Shown here: positions 35,987 to 38,717 of the stretch, in pieces
How positions within the stretch are numbered: the first letter of the stretch is position 1
How the letters are laid out: each line of letters begins with the position of its first letter
Origin: Gemmatimonadales bacterium UBA4720
Lineage (GTDB): Bacteria > Gemmatimonadota > Gemmatimonadetes > Gemmatimonadales > Gemmatimonadaceae
Direction: 5' to 3'
Assembly: GCA_002404335.1 (NCBI GenBank)
Contig: DHJM01000017.1
Coordinates: 22,246-60,962, forward strand
Length of the DNA: 38,717 bases
Notes under the pieces: generated by a model
The model's input: the letters and a program-made list of their open reading frames with translations, nothing else
What the model was told of the DNA's origin: nothing
Databases searched by the model: none
Made by a program: the position numbers and the translations under genes

Positions 35987-37464
35987 GGGGAGCCCTCGTA
36001 AATCCAGTACTCTCGCCTCGACGCGCGGGCTATTTTCTCGGCTTCGTCCTTCGACGCGAACGGTCCCATTACCACGCGGAAAATCGGCGAGCCGGCGGTG
36101 GTCGTGGACACGACGTGCGCGGAATTGCCGGCGACCTTGATGGTGGCCGCGAGCTGCTGCGCCTTGTCCTCGGTGAGGAGCGCCGCAAACTGGACCGTGA
36201 ATCCGGTCGAGGGCGGATTCGCTCCCGGAGGAACGCCGGCCTTGGCAGTGTCCGGCGCGCCGGGTGTGATCGGCGGCACAGGGGTCGTCGAAGTGGTGGA
36301 GCTCGCCGCCAGCGAGTCAGTGGGCACGCTGTCGCCGGGGAACGTCACCGGCTGATCGAGTCCCTGCGGCCGCGGCCGGAATCCATCCCAGGCGAAGAAG
36401 TACCAGAAATCCTTCGCTCCTCCCGCGACGGTCGATTTCGCGTCCAGCTTTTCGGGATCGACGAGTGTGACGTCCTTCGTCCCGAGGAGAGCGAGCCTTC
36501 CGTCCGGAGTGATAACCGGAAGGTCCGTATCCCATTTCGTCGGCACCGCGCCGACCAGCCTGTTCGTTCCGATCGCGATTACCCAGGCCGAATCCGTTTT
36601 CGGAAATCGAGCAAGCAGGTAGCGGCCAAGCGCGTCCATCCGGAGATCCGTAGGCGGGGCTGGAAGGACGACGCCCATATCCACGCGACCCGAGTAGCGG
36701 TCGACGATCGAGATTCCGCTGTCGGTCGCGGTCGTGACGTAGAGTCTGTCTCCACTCGGAGTGGGCGCCAGCGCGCGCACTCTGCTCTGGAGTTGAACCG
36801 CGCCCACCGGCGAGAGATCCTTTGCCTTGATGCCGATGAGGCCACTGTCGACAGCGAAATAGAGTCGGTCGCCTATCTGCGTCCTGACGCCACGCCCGGA
36901 AAGCGGCAGCACGGCGCTGTCCTGAACGATGTCGTCGGGCGGACGCACCCTCCAGACGAGGGTCTGCGCGCCTTTGTTGGCGGTGACGATGAGCTCGCCG
37001 TTGGGTTGCGCAAAAACGGCGTGCGCCGGCACGGGCGGCCTGAAATGCCAATCGCCGCCGGTCGGGTTCAGCCGGACGATCTCGCCTTTGGAATTGATTC
37101 CGTAGATGTCGCTGCCGTTCGCGGACGAAAGCGAAGTCAGCTTCGCGCGCGACGCCTTCGTGACGTCCGTCTCTCTCAAGTCGAGGCGTCCCGGGAACCC
37201 CTTCGCGTCCACGTATGCAATCGTCCCGGCGTCCTGGTCGAACGCGAGCACATGGTCGACCGGCGGGATTTCATCGACTGTCCAGACAGCCGAGTCGAGC
37301 TTCGGATAGAGGTAGATGTGCCCGGTCCCTCCTCCGCGCGGAACGCGGAGGAGGAGTGGGTCGGGCCCGCGCGGTTCTGCTATTTGCGGGGTCGTGCTGT
37401 CAGGCGCTGCCCTGTCTTTCGTGCAGGCTACACAGAGCAGCGCCAACAGTAGGAGGCGACGCAA
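35983..37464 (-). CDS. Lipoprotein with beta-propeller and C-terminal SPOR domain
   Basis: Lipobox LCVAC; YVTN-like blades (PTPSGDRLYV, MDALGRYLL, ITPDGRL); SPOR FTVQFAAL...FRVVMGPFASKDEAE. Confidence 0.82.
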   Translation of the reverse strand: MRRLLLLALLCVACTKDRAAPDSTTPQIAEPRGPDPLLLRVPRGGGTGHIYLYPKLDSAVWTVDEIPPVDHVLAFDQDAGTIAYVDAKGFPGRLDLRETDVTKASRAKLTSLSSANGSDIYGINSKGEIVRLNPTGGDWHFRPPVPAHAVFAQPNGELIVTANKGAQTLVWRVRPPDDIVQDSAVLPLSGRGVRTQIGDRLYFAVDSGLIGIKAKDLSPVGAVQLQSRVRALAPTPSGDRLYVTTATDSGISIVDRYSGRVDMGVVLPAPPTDLRMDALGRYLLARFPKTDSAWVIAIGTNRLVGAVPTKWDTDLPVITPDGRLALLGTKDVTLVDPEKLDAKSTVAGGAKDFWYFFAWDGFRPRPQGLDQPVTFPGDSVPTDSLAASSTTSTTPVPPITPGAPDTAKAGVPPGANPPSTGFTVQFAALLTEDKAQQLAATIKVAGNSAHVVSTTTAGSPIFRVVMGPFASKDEAEKIARASRREYWIYEGSP

Positions 37465-37467
37465 AGG

Positions 37468-38717
37468 TTAGTAGCTCGCTCCCAACGAGAAAGTCCAGTT
37501 CGGCTTGCGTCCGGTAGCCAGTGGAATCGCGTAATCCCAGCGCAGAATCGCCAGGTTGAAAAGATTCACGCGGAGGCCTGCGCCCCAGCTGGTGAGCGGA
37601 TAGCGATTGAAGTTTGGATCAGTGCCCGCTGGAGGGCGGCCGAGGTGCGCAGTCTGACCCTTGCTCCACGCCAGACCGGCGTCGTAGAAGATGAGCCCAT
37701 CCAGTGGCGGCAGCCCGAAGTTGCTTCCGACATCGAACCGGCGGATGATCGGGAAGCGCAGCTCGGCGTTCGCCACCGCCACTCTGCTGCCCGCAAGCTG
37801 CGCATTGTTGCACTGCGCCTGTCCTCCGCCGATGATCGAAGTACAGTCGACGAAGTTGAAGTTGGCGCGATCGTAGCCGCGGATGAAATCCGGACGGCCG
37901 ATGTACTTCGGAAAGAAAGTCTCATCGGGCCCGACCGAGACCGAGCTCACGAACCGCGTCGCGAAAGTCAGTGTGTTGAAGATGATCGGGTCGTACCGGC
38001 GATAGTCGACGAGGAAGTCGCTGAAGGTGAGCTTGCCGACGCTCTGCGACACCTGGAACCGCATCCTGCGCCCCATCACGGGGCCAGTCGTGCCGAAAAG
38101 TGTATTGTCGGACACGAACGCAGTAGATGGCGTGACGTAATTGATCGTCGGCAGCGAGGTGGTGTCGTGGAACTGGACGCCCGTGCAGTAACCCGCCTGG
38201 TTGCAGTCCTGAAAGACCTGCACGAAGCCCTCCGAGATGCTATTCAGCTGGACCCCGGTCTCAAAGCGCGTGAAACGATTGAGCGGATACTGACCGGTGA
38301 CGAAAAGATTTCGCACGACGTAGCGGAGGTAGTCGGTCTCAAACCGAATGACCTGCCCAGAATTATCACCAGGAGGGGGGCCCGTGCTTCCGTTGATCGG
38401 CACGTAGACGGGATCTTGCGATATTCCGGTCGTATACTGAAGCCGGCGGCTCAGATTGGCGTAGCCTACGAAGGCACTTGCATCACTGAGCCTTCCATAG
38501 ACGTTGCCCGCAACCGCCAGCTGATGGTTGCCAAGCAGGTCGCTGAACACGAACGCGGTTCCGCCGGCGAACGTGCCGTAGCTCGGTGTGTATCCGATCG
38601 ACGGATCGGCGATGTAATCGGGGTGGAAGGCGACGTGGTACGGATGCTCCTTGAACCTGGTGGTATCCGGCAGCCCGTACACTGGATCCGCATTCATAGC
38701 TGCCACGCTCGCCGGAA
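37468..38717 (-). CDS. Omp85 (BamA/TamA) family outer-membrane protein, C-terminal barrel (5'-truncated by window edge)
   Basis: FSDLLGNH, DYRRY, FIRGYD, VANAELRFP, FYDAG, GAGLR, LRWDYA, terminal beta-signal TFSLGASY. Confidence 0.85.
   Translation of the reverse strand, partial: PASVAAMNADPVYGLPDTTRFKEHPYHVAFHPDYIADPSIGYTPSYGTFAGGTAFVFSDLLGNHQLAVAGNVYGRLSDASAFVGYANLSRRLQYTTGISQDPVYVPINGSTGPPPGDNSGQVIRFETDYLRYVVRNLFVTGQYPLNRFTRFETGVQLNSISEGFVQVFQDCNQAGYCTGVQFHDTTSLPTINYVTPSTAFVSDNTLFGTTGPVMGRRMRFQVSQSVGKLTFSDFLVDYRRYDPIIFNTLTFATRFVSSVSVGPDETFFPKYIGRPDFIRGYDRANFNFVDCTSIIGGGQAQCNNAQLAGSRVAVANAELRFPIIRRFDVGSNFGLPPLDGLIFYDAGLAWSKGQTAHLGRPPAGTDPNFNRYPLTSWGAGLRVNLFNLAILRWDYAIPLATGRKPNWTFSLGASY

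Overview
High-GC bacterial chromosomal window; gene content and order look Gemmatimonadota-like (inference, no search run). Most of it is housekeeping: comM, a TonB-dependent-like barrel, an NtrX/NtrC-type regulator, aldehyde dehydrogenase, lepB, a short sigma-70 factor, an S8 protease, yajQ-rimO-hemL-SpoIID-Gfo/Idh/MocA, a DUF4105 gene, rpmE-prfA-prmC-YlbF-tmk-S41 protease-DUF2520, and on the minus strand Omp85-SPOR-SPOR-smc-aroF-lolA. The unusual part is about 860-2930. It holds a decayed tRNA-Asn, a sigma-54-like promoter with an unannotated CsbD-like ORF, a DUF3494 ice-binding lipoprotein and a 76-aa chimeric ORF. The first 41 codons of that ORF are an inverted, almost wholly synonymously recoded copy of the comM 5' end, and its last 36 codons are a diverged copy of the DUF3494 tail. 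Other notable items: a 3 x ~70 bp repeat of the regulator's 3' end, a Spy/CpxP-like LTxxQ tail on the barrel protein, a pseudo-P-loop/TM/SPOR protein coupled to smc, a probable CTG start for prfA, and a structured leader before the S8 protease. No integrase, transposase, CRISPR array or intact RNA gene was seen. All calls come from reading motifs by eye.
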